Positions 46,840-57,194 of a stretch of 64,000 bases of DNA are shown here, one piece after another. A program made the translations under genes and the position numbers. Source of the DNA: a virus (taxonomy: Duplodnaviria > Caudoviricetes); the IMG/VR virus record IMGVR_UViG_2924880783_000005, positions 1 to 64,000 of that record; one strand, written 5' to 3'. Within the stretch, counting starts at the first letter, position 1, and every line of letters starts with the position of its first letter. The notes beneath the pieces were generated by a model. That model ran no database searches. It had not been told where the DNA came from and saw only the letters and a program-made list of their open reading frames with translations.

Positions 46840-49107
46840 ATGTCCGTATTCCGTTATTCGACATATAAAATCCGCATCGACCCCGATTCGGGCAAGACAC
46901 AGGGCTTGCAGGCGGGGGACATCATCCGCCGTCAATATGCAGAGAGGAGCCGCGCCGTCTACTCCCTGATGGCCGTCCTGGAAACGGGCGCGGAAACCAT
47001 CGGCGGCAAGGAGGCTCCATACTTTATCGGGGCGCTTTTAGACGGCGACGAGCCGCAGAACGGCGAGCTGCTGGATTTCGTGCGTGTCACCAACCTCTTC
47101 GATACCTCCCGCAGCGGCGCCCTTTACCTGACGGCCTCGGACAGCGAGGCTCCCTACCTGGATGTCATCGACGGCATGGCGAGGGAGCGGTCGCTCTGCT
47201 ATCCCGAAATGGCGGGAGGCGTGGCCGACCTCCCCGACAAATCCAAATATACCGTTTGCGGGAATTGCCTGTCTGCGGATTACCGTATGGCGGACGCCGG
47301 GGCGTCGCGTATCGTCAGGCTGACACGCACGGCGGCATCCTCCGACGGCACACCTTCCGGCCTGAAACAGACTCTTGAAGAGCCCGTCGAACACCCCGAA
47401 CGGTTGTTGGTATCATTCAAAGTCCGCGCGTCGAAAGCATTGCCGGCCGTACCTTTGTCTTTCGGTTACACGACCGGTGAGAAGACGGACGCAGGGGATA
47501 CGACCGACGTATCGACCCAGTGGGAATACAAACTGTGGGTGCTGACGGTCGAATACCCCCAACGGTACAACCGCAGTCTGGTAATAGACCTCGTCGGGCA
47601 TCTGACGGCGCCCGGCGACTGGTGCGAGGTAGCCGACCTGAATATCGTCCGGCTTCCGTCGGTCGCTTCCTACACCGGGGCGTCAAAAGCACGTGTCGGC
47701 AAGGTTTCGGGTATCATCGACCCCGTATTCGGCGTGTTGGACGGATATGGGGCTTATTTCCAGAATCTCTATGCCACACGCAACGTCAATATCGCGGGAA
47801 CGCTGACCGCCGGGGATGAAAACGGGTTCGCCTCGACCTTCTATGTAGGCAAGATCCACAAAAATGTCATACCTGACAGCCTTGCCTGCGCGTTCGACGG
47901 AGCGACGGTTGTAGAAACGGCAACCCCCGTCGGCATCGGAAAGTGCGTACGGATTACGGCGGACAGCCGTCTTACGCTGCAGAGTGCCGACTGGCGAAAG
48001 GCACATGCCGGCAGCTATTACTGTCTCTCCGTCTGGATAAAATCCGACGAGACGGGAACTGTTCAGCTATACCAGGACGGGCATCTTGTCGGGGCGGTTC
48101 CCGTTCCGGGCAACGGTGAATGGCGTCGCCATAAGGTCGCCTTCCCCGTGCGGGATTCCGTCGCGCCGGCCATGTCCCTGGACATTGCGACCGCCATACC
48201 GCTTCTGCTGACAGCCCCGCAGCTCGAAGCCGGACGGACGGCGACACCTTACCAGGCGACGGACGAGGTGCTCTCCTACACGGAGGATTACGGGGCCTGG
48301 TTCTCGAAGGGCGGTATCGGCGGTACCATCCAGCACCCGTTGCTCATATTGAACGGGGACGGCTCCATCAGTTCGCGTGACGGCTCCTTCGTCATCCACC
48401 CCGACGGCACGGGACATTTCGCGGGCGGACGCCTCAAATGGTCGCGGGACACCATCGAACTGCGTGGTGTGACGATTCGTTGGGAAGACCTCGACGAGCA
48501 GGCACAGGAACAGCTAAAACCCCGCTCCGTCACCCTGGCCGGCGGCACGGTGTTTCATCTCGGAGGCTCTCGACCACCTACCGTAGAACCTGCCGTCATC
48601 GACATCACCGCCACGGAGCATCATTTCTCGCCGACATCACGCCGCTGGGACTATCTGGCTGCCGACGGGACGTGGAAAGACGCCGGATGTTCCGATGCGC
48701 GTTTCCGACTTCTGCCCGATTTCCCCGGCTGGGGCGGACGCGATGTGCTGACACTCCGTTACACGGCCTCATGCGGCGACGCGGCATATACGGCGACGCA
48801 TACCGTTCTCAAGCTTACCGACGGGGCAGACGCCTACATCGTACACATTGAGTCGGAAAACGGCACGACATTCCGCAGCGGGCCGGTCTCGACCGTGCTC
48901 CGCGCCCGTGTTTATAAAGGAGACGAGGAGATTACGGGCCAAATTCCCGACAGTTCTTTCCGGTGGTATCGAAGCGGCGCGGATCAAGGGCGGGACGAGC
49001 AATGGAACGCCGCACAGCACCAAGGGCGGGAAATCGCCATTACCGGCGAGGATATATCCGACAGGACCGTATTCGACTGCGAGGTGGAAATAACCAAAGA
49101 TATATGA
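46840..49107 (+). CDS. Tail protein with probable carbohydrate-binding-like beta-sandwich domains
   Basis: 755 aa; YCLSVWIKS, APQLEAGRTATPYQ patterns. Confidence 0.65.
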   Translation: MSVFRYSTYKIRIDPDSGKTQGLQAGDIIRRQYAERSRAVYSLMAVLETGAETIGGKEAPYFIGALLDGDEPQNGELLDFVRVTNLFDTSRSGALYLTASDSEAPYLDVIDGMARERSLCYPEMAGGVADLPDKSKYTVCGNCLSADYRMADAGASRIVRLTRTAASSDGTPSGLKQTLEEPVEHPERLLVSFKVRASKALPAVPLSFGYTTGEKTDAGDTTDVSTQWEYKLWVLTVEYPQRYNRSLVIDLVGHLTAPGDWCEVADLNIVRLPSVASYTGASKARVGKVSGIIDPVFGVLDGYGAYFQNLYATRNVNIAGTLTAGDENGFASTFYVGKIHKNVIPDSLACAFDGATVVETATPVGIGKCVRITADSRLTLQSADWRKAHAGSYYCLSVWIKSDETGTVQLYQDGHLVGAVPVPGNGEWRRHKVAFPVRDSVAPAMSLDIATAIPLLLTAPQLEAGRTATPYQATDEVLSYTEDYGAWFSKGGIGGTIQHPLLILNGDGSISSRDGSFVIHPDGTGHFAGGRLKWSRDTIELRGVTIRWEDLDEQAQEQLKPRSVTLAGGTVFHLGGSRPPTVEPAVIDITATEHHFSPTSRRWDYLAADGTWKDAGCSDARFRLLPDFPGWGGRDVLTLRYTASCGDAAYTATHTVLKLTDGADAYIVHIESENGTTFRSGPVSTVLRARVYKGDEEITGQIPDSSFRWYRSGADQGRDEQWNAAQHQGREIAITGEDISDRTVFDCEVEITKDI

Positions 49108-49146
49108 TCGCGCCAGGATATTTGCCCTTTTTATTATCGGTTTGAC

Positions 49147-49155
49147 CTACTCTTT
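49147..49155 (+). promoter_or_regulatory. CTACTCTTT late-promoter -10-like box (upstream box not conserved)
   Basis: Exact core motif 19 nt before the tail-fibre ATG. Confidence 0.5.
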
Positions 49156-49165
49156 ATAAAAAAGA

Positions 49166-52100
49166 ATGTCCCGAACATTGGTTGTCCATGGTCAAACTAC
49201 GATTTCCGTACTGAAAGACCCGTATACGATTACCCAGTCCCTGAACGAATATGTTTTTCCTACGGATGCGTCGGGGAAGATTCTCTCGGCAGTCACCTTA
49301 ACCTCTACTGTCAGGGTGGCTTGCGGCGACAGAGACTTTACGGCATTCTCCATCGGGGCGGTGGGCAGGCCTGCCGGATTCTCGTCCGTTACGGTAGACA
49401 ATGTCGCGAAGACCGTCACCTACGCCATTGCAGCCGGCACGACCACTCTTGCCGACCACGGAAGGGTGGATATTCCCGTCACGATTTCAGGTGTCGTATA
49501 CCATCTGTCATTTGTGTGGTCGAAAGCCAAGGCCGGCGTTCAGGGCACGGCGGGTGTGGACGCCAACCTGCTGGACTGGGTACGGGAGTGGAACACGAAT
49601 AAAACGTTCATCGGCAGCCACACCGTCGTCACCCCCAAGCTCTTTGCCGGTACCAAGAACAGCGACGGAACCGTTTCGGGCGTGGCCATCGGTTCGTTTG
49701 CCCTCAGCGCGAAAAGCGCTTCCGGGACCCTCACCACCGAGACTGTCAATGGTATCTGCGGATTCAAAAACGGGTACAAGACCTTCTATGTGGATAACGG
49801 CGGCAACGCGCAACTGGGCAACGGCGACCAGTATATCAGGTACAATGCGGCGACAGGCAAGGTGGAATTCGGAGCCGGTGTCAGCCTGAACTGGGCCGGC
49901 GCGACCTATATCGATAAAAACGGCATCTTCACCGGCAGGCTCTCGGCCGACACGGTAAGGGCGATTGCGCTCGATGCGTCGCAGATTACTGCCGGCACCA
50001 TCTCGGCAAACCGTATCGACACGGCGGCACTGAAAGCCGCGCTTATCACCGCCGGGAATATCGAGGCGCTGACACTGAATGTCACCAAAGGAAAAATCGG
50101 CGGCTGGTCGGTGGACGGCGATTCGCTTTACAGGGGTACGAAAAACAATACTGCCGGAGGCTATACTTCCGCCACCGGAAGCATTACCGTAGGCTCCAAC
50201 GGCATCCGTGGTTATAAATGGCGGCTGGACGCCTCGGGAGCCGGGGCCGTCGCGGGCGGCAACATCGCATGGGATGCCGCGGGCAACGTCTCGTTCGCCT
50301 CCTCAGTCAGCGCGCAATGGACGGCTCCCATCGGTTCCATCACCACGGCTCTGGGAGGTAACAGCTACCCAAAACTGACCAAGATTACTGCCGAGGGAAT
50401 CTATACCGGAAGCATCACCGCTGCCCAGATTACCGCCGGCACCCTCTCGTCCGACCGTATCGCGGCAGGCAGCATCAACGCCTCGAAGCTCGACGCGGCC
50501 AGCATCCGGTCGTCCATCATCAACACCGACTACATCAACGGTCTGAATTGCACGTTTACCAAGGGTAAAATCGGCGGCTGGGCCATCGGTGCCACCACGC
50601 TGTCCAACAGTCATATCCTCTTGGACAGTGCCAACAAACGGGTGGTCGTTTACGGGGCGAACTCGGGGGCGACAAGTGGCAAGCGAGTACAACTCTTCTA
50701 CAATTCCGACACGGATTTCGGCTTTTTCACTTCGGACGCCGCCGGCAACTGCATTGCCCATTTCGGCTCCACCAACCAGATTGCCGGATGGAACATCGAC
50801 ACGTCCCGTATCTACAAAAACAACATCGCTCTGGGTGCAGACGGCTCCATTACCAACGGTACTAAATGGAAGCTGAACAACGACGGGTCGGGACGGATCG
50901 CTTCGGGTAACATTGCGTGGGACGCGGCCGGCAATGTCACATTCGGCGCATCCGTTTCCCTACAATGGAAGAACGACATCGAAGCCGCCAAAAGTGTCAA
51001 CTTCGGCTACCGCTATTATAAAAGAATCGTCATCAACGGCGATGCCGCGACCTATTATCCCGTCATCCTTAAGGGTGGCGAGCAGACCGCGAAACGCGAC
51101 ATCCTCATTCGTCGCGGGTACTCGGAGCAGGCTCCCGACAGTTGGAATAACACCACCCATAAAGGAGGCTTGATCGTTCTCATCAAGGCCAACTTCGGCG
51201 GTTGGGGCGGCATCGGTTACTCGTGGGACATATACGAACTGTCTGAAATGTACTGCCGCATGTTTGCCGGTGCCGCGCACTGCGGGAACTACTGTATGTT
51301 CGCCGTCTTCCTGCGCGGTGGCGGCACGACAGGAGCCGTCTACCATCTCTACTCCGACCAGCCGATAGAGAGCAGCGCTTACAGTCCGGCACCAATCCCT
51401 GCCGCCCCTCAGATTGCTTATTCCTCCGACTTGATTTTCCAGAGCGGATCCACCAAGGCCAACGCACCGGCTCCCCGGTCCCTCACTACGGCTGTCGAGG
51501 AGGAAATCCGCCGTCACCGGTTCATCGCTCTGGCCCAGAGTTCCGACAGCACCCTCGCCGCGCATCCGCTAACCTATATCGGTTCGACGGGTATCTATAC
51601 GGGAACGCTGACTGCTGCGCAGGTCAATGCCGTTTCCATCAACGCTTCGAGCATCAAGGCGGGGACGCTCTCCGCCGACCGTATCGCTGCCGGCAGTATC
51701 AACTCGTCGAAGCTCGACGCCGCCAGCATCAAAGCCAACATCATCAACACGGACTACATCAACGGCCTGAGCTGTACGTTCGTGCGTGGCAAAATCGGCG
51801 GGTTCACTATCGGCGGCGACAACATGACGGTCGGGGCAGTCGGAACGGCAGGGAGCACGCCGCTCCAGATCCGTTCCGCGTCTTCGGGGAGCGGATACTG
51901 GTACACGGGGGCTTACAAGCCTTTCGGGGTCTGCCTGACGTGGCACCAGAGCAGTAACGCCGGGCATATCGTCTTCGGTCAGGTGGCAGGTTCGGGCAAC
52001 AGTGTCAAAACCGGCTTTATCGGCATACAAATGATGTCGTGGGACCACCTTGAGTATTTCTGCCTCTCGGCCAACTATACCAAAAGCGGCGGCAAGGAGG

Positions 52101-53932
52101 TCTACAACCGCATCGCCGGCTGGGCGTTCGACCATAACCATATCTGGAAGAACAACATCTCGCTCGGCAGCGACGGGTCGATTACCAATTCCACCAAATG
52201 GAGGCTGAACAATGACGGCAGCGGTCAGATTGCCGGGGGCAATATCTCATGGAACGCTTCGGGGGCGGTCACTTTTGCCTCCTCGGTATCCGCCCAATGG
52301 ACGACCGGCATCACGACGGCCCAGGAGCTGGCCTCGGCGATGGCTTTCGGAAAAATGCTCTACCGGGACCCGACTTTCTGGAACGGCAACAACGGTGTGG
52401 CGGTATACAACAACTCCGGCAACGGCATGGTGACCATCACACGACAGCAGGACTCCACGGCTCCTAACGACAGCAAGCAGGTGCTCAAGATACAGACCAA
52501 CGGTGCGGCTTCCCCGAATAACGGCGGTTTTTATTTCGGCACCACGTGCGGCTATCGCAAGGTGCTCGTCGCCCGCATCATCGCCAAGATCCCCGTCGGG
52601 CGGAAGCTGTGCTGGGCGACGAACAGCATAGGGACCAACGGTTCGAGCCGCTGGCTCACGTCGAACGCCGGTACGGGGGACTGGAAAGAATACGTCTATA
52701 AAGTCGTCTGCGGTACAGCAAACTTTTCCAGCACCCATTTCTTTTATCTGGATGGTACACAGGGCACTTCCTCTGCGCCTGTCGTCTGGTACGTGGCATA
52801 CGCCACCGTCTTCGACCTGACCTCCACGGAAAAGTACACGACAACCATAGACGCCAACGGTATTTACACCGGTACCGTGCGTGCCAACCAGATTATCGTG
52901 GACAGCACCCTGATAGTCGGCGGCAGTAGCTATAACGGCAGCATCTCCGTCCGGGATGCGGGCAACAACGTCAAGGTGACACTAGACCGCTCCGGCATCA
53001 CTGCCGTCGGCGGCAAAATCGGCGGCTGGATACTCGGGGCCAGTGCCCTGACCGCTTCGGCTCCGGCTTCGGGACACCGCATCGTCATGGGGGCTTCGGG
53101 AAACATCTACCATGACAACCCCTCCACCTCGGTCAACTACTGGGCGTTGAATACGGACGGCTCCGCCACGTTCGGATGCGGTAAGATTTCCTTTGCCAAC
53201 GACGGTTCGGGATACCTCGCCAATCAGAATATCAAGTGGGATGCCTCCGGAAACGTCACCATGACGGGCACTATCAACGCCAATGCCGGTACCATCGGAG
53301 GCTTTGTCATCGGTCAGGGGCGTATCGGTTCGACAGCGACCGGTAGCGGGTCCGGAGGAGGGCTTGCCATTTATGATGACCTGTTCCGGGTGGGCAACAC
53401 CACCTCTTACATTCTGCTCGGAGCCAACACGTTTCCTGCCACGTCCGGCGGAACCTGTGCCACGGGGCGTATCGTCAACGGCAAATCGAACAGCTACCAG
53501 AACAATTACGGGTTATATATAGATGTCAAGAACGGATACCGCAACTACGGGATATGGAGCAATGCCGCGCTTGTAACTCCGGCCTGTATCGGCAACAAAA
53601 TCAAGAACATATACTTCACCGGTAGCGGCTACACGATGGATTTTTCACAGCATAACATTTTCTTCGTCTATGCGAATCAGAAGTATAGCGTGACCCTGCC
53701 GTCGGCCTCTTCCGTGGCGTCAATGTTCGGGTATTCGTCCCTGCCGTCGGACTTCGCCTGCATATTCACCCTGATTTACAACTACAACTGGGGGAACAGC
53801 CTCGTGTTCAACAACATCCGCAACCACAACGGGGACCTTGTCAACTACACGATAGCCAAGGGGGATTCCCTCACGATATTGTGTGCCAATTACCCGTCGT
53901 TCCACTATCAGATATTAAATCACAGCTACTAA
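49166..53932 (+). CDS. Long modular tail fibre / receptor-binding protein
   Basis: 1588 aa; repeated GIYTG...ITAGT...GKIGGW and KWxL..GSG..GNIAW blocks. Confidence 0.8.
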   Translation: MSRTLVVHGQTTISVLKDPYTITQSLNEYVFPTDASGKILSAVTLTSTVRVACGDRDFTAFSIGAVGRPAGFSSVTVDNVAKTVTYAIAAGTTTLADHGRVDIPVTISGVVYHLSFVWSKAKAGVQGTAGVDANLLDWVREWNTNKTFIGSHTVVTPKLFAGTKNSDGTVSGVAIGSFALSAKSASGTLTTETVNGICGFKNGYKTFYVDNGGNAQLGNGDQYIRYNAATGKVEFGAGVSLNWAGATYIDKNGIFTGRLSADTVRAIALDASQITAGTISANRIDTAALKAALITAGNIEALTLNVTKGKIGGWSVDGDSLYRGTKNNTAGGYTSATGSITVGSNGIRGYKWRLDASGAGAVAGGNIAWDAAGNVSFASSVSAQWTAPIGSITTALGGNSYPKLTKITAEGIYTGSITAAQITAGTLSSDRIAAGSINASKLDAASIRSSIINTDYINGLNCTFTKGKIGGWAIGATTLSNSHILLDSANKRVVVYGANSGATSGKRVQLFYNSDTDFGFFTSDAAGNCIAHFGSTNQIAGWNIDTSRIYKNNIALGADGSITNGTKWKLNNDGSGRIASGNIAWDAAGNVTFGASVSLQWKNDIEAAKSVNFGYRYYKRIVINGDAATYYPVILKGGEQTAKRDILIRRGYSEQAPDSWNNTTHKGGLIVLIKANFGGWGGIGYSWDIYELSEMYCRMFAGAAHCGNYCMFAVFLRGGGTTGAVYHLYSDQPIESSAYSPAPIPAAPQIAYSSDLIFQSGSTKANAPAPRSLTTAVEEEIRRHRFIALAQSSDSTLAAHPLTYIGSTGIYTGTLTAAQVNAVSINASSIKAGTLSADRIAAGSINSSKLDAASIKANIINTDYINGLSCTFVRGKIGGFTIGGDNMTVGAVGTAGSTPLQIRSASSGSGYWYTGAYKPFGVCLTWHQSSNAGHIVFGQVAGSGNSVKTGFIGIQMMSWDHLEYFCLSANYTKSGGKEVYNRIAGWAFDHNHIWKNNISLGSDGSITNSTKWRLNNDGSGQIAGGNISWNASGAVTFASSVSAQWTTGITTAQELASAMAFGKMLYRDPTFWNGNNGVAVYNNSGNGMVTITRQQDSTAPNDSKQVLKIQTNGAASPNNGGFYFGTTCGYRKVLVARIIAKIPVGRKLCWATNSIGTNGSSRWLTSNAGTGDWKEYVYKVVCGTANFSSTHFFYLDGTQGTSSAPVVWYVAYATVFDLTSTEKYTTTIDANGIYTGTVRANQIIVDSTLIVGGSSYNGSISVRDAGNNVKVTLDRSGITAVGGKIGGWILGASALTASAPASGHRIVMGASGNIYHDNPSTSVNYWALNTDGSATFGCGKISFANDGSGYLANQNIKWDASGNVTMTGTINANAGTIGGFVIGQGRIGSTATGSGSGGGLAIYDDLFRVGNTTSYILLGANTFPATSGGTCATGRIVNGKSNSYQNNYGLYIDVKNGYRNYGIWSNAALVTPACIGNKIKNIYFTGSGYTMDFSQHNIFFVYANQKYSVTLPSASSVASMFGYSSLPSDFACIFTLIYNYNWGNSLVFNNIRNHNGDLVNYTIAKGDSLTILCANYPSFHYQILNHSY

Positions 53933-53963
53933 AAACAATCCCCGCAGTAACGTCCTACCCTTA
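53933..53963 (+). promoter_or_regulatory. Putative late promoter AAACA-N17-CTACCCTTA
   Basis: Variant of the recurrent motif. Confidence 0.45.
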
Positions 53964-53980
53964 ATAAAAACAGAGCGAAT

Positions 53981-54268
53981 ATGAACATCACCCACGTAAC
54001 GGTAACCAAGGTTGCCGAAGAGAGTACGGAGAACGCCGACTACCAGTTGGAATACTCCATCGTCAATGATAGGTTGACCCGCGTCCATGCCTCCATCCGG
54101 AAAAGGGATACTGACGGTTCGGGAAACACCCCTCAGATCGGTGTCATCTATATGGAGCAGGGCTCCGTTTCCTGCAGCATTCCCGAGGGAGAGCCCCTTG
54201 CGCCCCTGTTTCGGGACTTCGAGGCCATCATCGGTGAAATAAGAAAAAGTATCAATCAAACCGCATAA
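53981..54268 (+). CDS. Small hypothetical tail-associated protein
   Basis: 95 aa. Confidence 0.65.
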   Translation: MNITHVTVTKVAEESTENADYQLEYSIVNDRLTRVHASIRKRDTDGSGNTPQIGVIYMEQGSVSCSIPEGEPLAPLFRDFEAIIGEIRKSINQTA

Positions 54269-54273
54269 ACAGT

Positions 54274-54597
54274 ATGGAACTATCAGTCAAAGACCGCCTT
54301 TATCTGCCTACCTTCCTGCCGGCACGGGGCAACTTCAAGGATTTCAACCTCAAAAAAGAGATTCTGCGCAAAATAGCCATCAGCGACGAGGAGCGCAAAG
54401 AAATCGGCCTGCATGAAAACGCCGAGGACAAGCGTATCGAATGGGATGTGGACAAGGAAAAACCGCTTGCCGTGGAGTTTTCCGGGGAGGAGACGGAATA
54501 CCTGCAGAAAGCCTGCGAGAAGATTTCAGACGAGGAGCTCCCGGACGACATGTGGGCGACGGTTGCCCGTATCTACGATTTCGTGCAGGAACAATAA
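54274..54597 (+). CDS. Hypothetical protein (possible fibre chaperone)
   Basis: 107 aa. Confidence 0.65.
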   Translation: MELSVKDRLYLPTFLPARGNFKDFNLKKEILRKIAISDEERKEIGLHENAEDKRIEWDVDKEKPLAVEFSGEETEYLQKACEKISDEELPDDMWATVARIYDFVQEQ

Positions 54598-54626
54598 ACC
54601 ATCCTTTCTTTCTGCCGCTACTCTTT
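54596..54626 (+). promoter_or_regulatory. Putative late promoter AAACC-N17-CTACTCTTT overlapped by the palindrome CTCTTTTGAAAAGAG
   Basis: Recurrent motif; inverted repeat 54621-54635. Confidence 0.55.
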
Positions 54627-54683
54627 TGAAAAGAGTGCCCGGTTGTACTCTGACGGTACAACCGGTTTTTTTATTTCAAACGT

Positions 54684-55379
54684 ATGGCAAGACAGGACAT
54701 AATCATGGATGCCGAGTACGGTGAGGTGGAGACTTCCGGCAACGTGGCGGGCAAGAGTTTCTACGATTTCGGCCTGCTCGCTGCCGTCGCCGGTGCGGAC
54801 AACGATACGTTCCGCTACGGGGAGATCGCCGTGCCGGAAGGGTTTACGGGGTTAACCAACGGTCGCGGTGTCCATGTCCGTATTCCGTATACGCCCGACG
54901 TGCGTCGGTTGGCGGTCCGCTTCGTTGCCGGCAGCGGTTCAGGCGGTACGGGGTATCTGAAAAATCCCGCGACGGGCAAACCCTGGTTTCCCGTCATGGC
55001 GGATACGGAAACGGGCCTGTCGGACATCACTCTGGCCGCGCTCTTCGCCCTCAATGCGGACGGCCTTTACCGGCTGTTGCCGCAAGAAGGCTGCCTTGTC
55101 GTGTACAGCGGCGAAGACACCGATTTCGGGATCGGAACCGCCAAAGCCCAGAACGAGACCTTCCTGCTGAAAGCCTCCGCCGGCAACCTCTACCAGCACC
55201 CGACCACGGGCGTGGGACTTATCGACTACCTGCATTCGAGTCTGGAGAACAACGGTCTTGCCGCCAAGCTGCAGTCGGAGTTCTCCGCGGACAGGGTAAT
55301 CATCAAAAACGCCTATATGGATTCCGCGACGGGCGAGCTGTTGCTGGAAACCGTGGAAAAGGAGGACAATCGTGGGTAA
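54684..55379 (+). CDS. Baseplate wedge protein, gp25-like C-terminus
   Basis: GNLYQHPTTGVGL...LQSEFSAD. Confidence 0.6.
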   Translation: MARQDIIMDAEYGEVETSGNVAGKSFYDFGLLAAVAGADNDTFRYGEIAVPEGFTGLTNGRGVHVRIPYTPDVRRLAVRFVAGSGSGGTGYLKNPATGKPWFPVMADTETGLSDITLAALFALNADGLYRLLPQEGCLVVYSGEDTDFGIGTAKAQNETFLLKASAGNLYQHPTTGVGLIDYLHSSLENNGLAAKLQSEFSADRVIIKNAYMDSATGELLLETVEKEDNRG

Positions 55380-56304
55380 ATACAGCGTCATAGCCGGTCA
55401 GAACCTTTACGATGTCGCCCTGCACCTTTACGGCAGCATCGAAGGGGTCGTGGATTTGCTCGTCAGCAACCCCGATCTTTCCTTCGACACGATACTGTCA
55501 GCCGGTCGGGAGCTTATCTACACGGACGGTTTCGTTATCCGTGCCGACGTGGTCGCTTACAACGAGCTGCACGGTATTGTTCCCGCCAACGGGGAACGTC
55601 ATGTCTATCCCAAGACATTCACCCTGCCGCTCGCCGCCGTCATCACGCTCGACGCGGCGGTCATCACCGCGCGGTGCGGCGTGTCGGGCGTGGGATTACT
55701 GGAAATCGACTGGGGCGACAACAGCGACACGGAGGTCGTCTCCCTGACGGACACGCCGCAACTCCTTACCCATACCTTCGACAACAGAGTGCGGAAAAAG
55801 CGCACGATACGATGGTTTACTCAGGCCCGTTTCAAAACCATCGACTGGAGCGGACTCCGTCCGAAATCGTTGGCGCTGTTGCAGACGCTGCCCGTGGAGG
55901 AGCTGACGCTCACGGATGTCACGCTCTCCCTGGAAGGGCTGCGGCTGCTTTCCGACACCTGCCTGCTGAACCTCCGCGGCCTTGTCGCCGCCGACCTCAC
56001 ACCGCTTGTGGAAAGCCGTGGGCTGATGACGCTCGACCTTTCCGCCGCCCGTCTGAAACCGACGGTCATCGACCGCTACCTGACTGCCCTTGTCGAGCGG
56101 TACGGGAACCGTCGGAACTGTACGGTCATCCTGCCTTCGGCTCCGACAGGGCTTTATCGCGAGCCCGAACGGGAACCGGAAAGCGGCCGTTACCGCATCA
56201 CCTCGGGCATGGAGGCCATGTGGGTCATCCTGCACGAGGAGGCGTGGAACGAGGGCGGAGCGTGGAAATTCATTATTGACGATATAACCTACACCGTGGA
56301 ATGA
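55372..56304 (+). CDS. Baseplate protein with LysM/tail-X-like N-terminus
   Basis: YSVIAGQNLYDVALHLYGSIEG. Confidence 0.6.
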   Translation: MGKYSVIAGQNLYDVALHLYGSIEGVVDLLVSNPDLSFDTILSAGRELIYTDGFVIRADVVAYNELHGIVPANGERHVYPKTFTLPLAAVITLDAAVITARCGVSGVGLLEIDWGDNSDTEVVSLTDTPQLLTHTFDNRVRKKRTIRWFTQARFKTIDWSGLRPKSLALLQTLPVEELTLTDVTLSLEGLRLLSDTCLLNLRGLVAADLTPLVESRGLMTLDLSAARLKPTVIDRYLTALVERYGNRRNCTVILPSAPTGLYREPEREPESGRYRITSGMEAMWVILHEEAWNEGGAWKFIIDDITYTVE

Positions 56305-57194
56305 GCAGAACGATCAAGGAAATATATAACGAAGCCGTGCGGGAGCGCAACCGGCGGTTGGAGCTGACGGAGTTCGCCAGCGACTCGAAACTGTCCGTGA
56401 TGAACGGCATCCTGTGGGTCGCGGCAGCCCTGATTCACAGCTTCGAGACATTGCTGGACGTCTTTGCCATAGACATCTCCGAGGCCATCAACAGCCGGAT
56501 AAACGGCACCCCGAACTATTACGCCCACGCGCTGCTGCAATACCAGCAGGGGGACGAACTGATCGTCCGCGAGGACGGTCTCGCGTTCGGTTATGCCCAC
56601 GTGGACGAGACCAAGCGCATCATCACGCAGGTCTCCTACGTGGAGAGCACGGACGACAGCAACCTCGACAGCAAGCTGATCCTGAAAATCGCCACCGGCA
56701 CAAAAGGTCATCTGGAGGCTATTCCGGCTTCAGAGTTAGTGCCCGTCAACGCCTACATCGGCAAGTTGAAATTCGCCGGCACCCGTATCGAAGTCATCTC
56801 TACCAAGGGCGACGTGCTGGTCCCGCGCCTGACGGTCTTCTACGACGGCGCCGTCCCCGAGGCGGAGATGTACGATGCCGTCGAGGAGCGTATCCGCGGG
56901 TACATCACGGGCATCGACTTCGACGCCGCGGTCTATGTCTCGCGTCTTACGGACGCCATACGGGAGGCGGAACATGTCACCGACGTCTACATCGACGAGG
57001 GGGCCGTGCCCGAGCAGGGCGTGTTCATCGCCTGCCACGATGCCGACGGGCAGATACAGCCCCTGCAACGTGTCGGCCGCATGACCTACACCGCCTCGGG
57101 CTACCTGAAAGAGTCCTCGCGCAAGGACGAGGAGTCGGAACTGCCGACCTTTAGGGAAGCCATTACGCTCAGGATCGAAAACCATGAGATATAG
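56301..57194 (+). CDS. Baseplate J-like protein
   Basis: GTPNYYA, KFAGTRIEV motifs; synteny. Confidence 0.65.
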   Translation: MSRTIKEIYNEAVRERNRRLELTEFASDSKLSVMNGILWVAAALIHSFETLLDVFAIDISEAINSRINGTPNYYAHALLQYQQGDELIVREDGLAFGYAHVDETKRIITQVSYVESTDDSNLDSKLILKIATGTKGHLEAIPASELVPVNAYIGKLKFAGTRIEVISTKGDVLVPRLTVFYDGAVPEAEMYDAVEERIRGYITGIDFDAAVYVSRLTDAIREAEHVTDVYIDEGAVPEQGVFIACHDADGQIQPLQRVGRMTYTASGYLKESSRKDEESELPTFREAITLRIENHEI

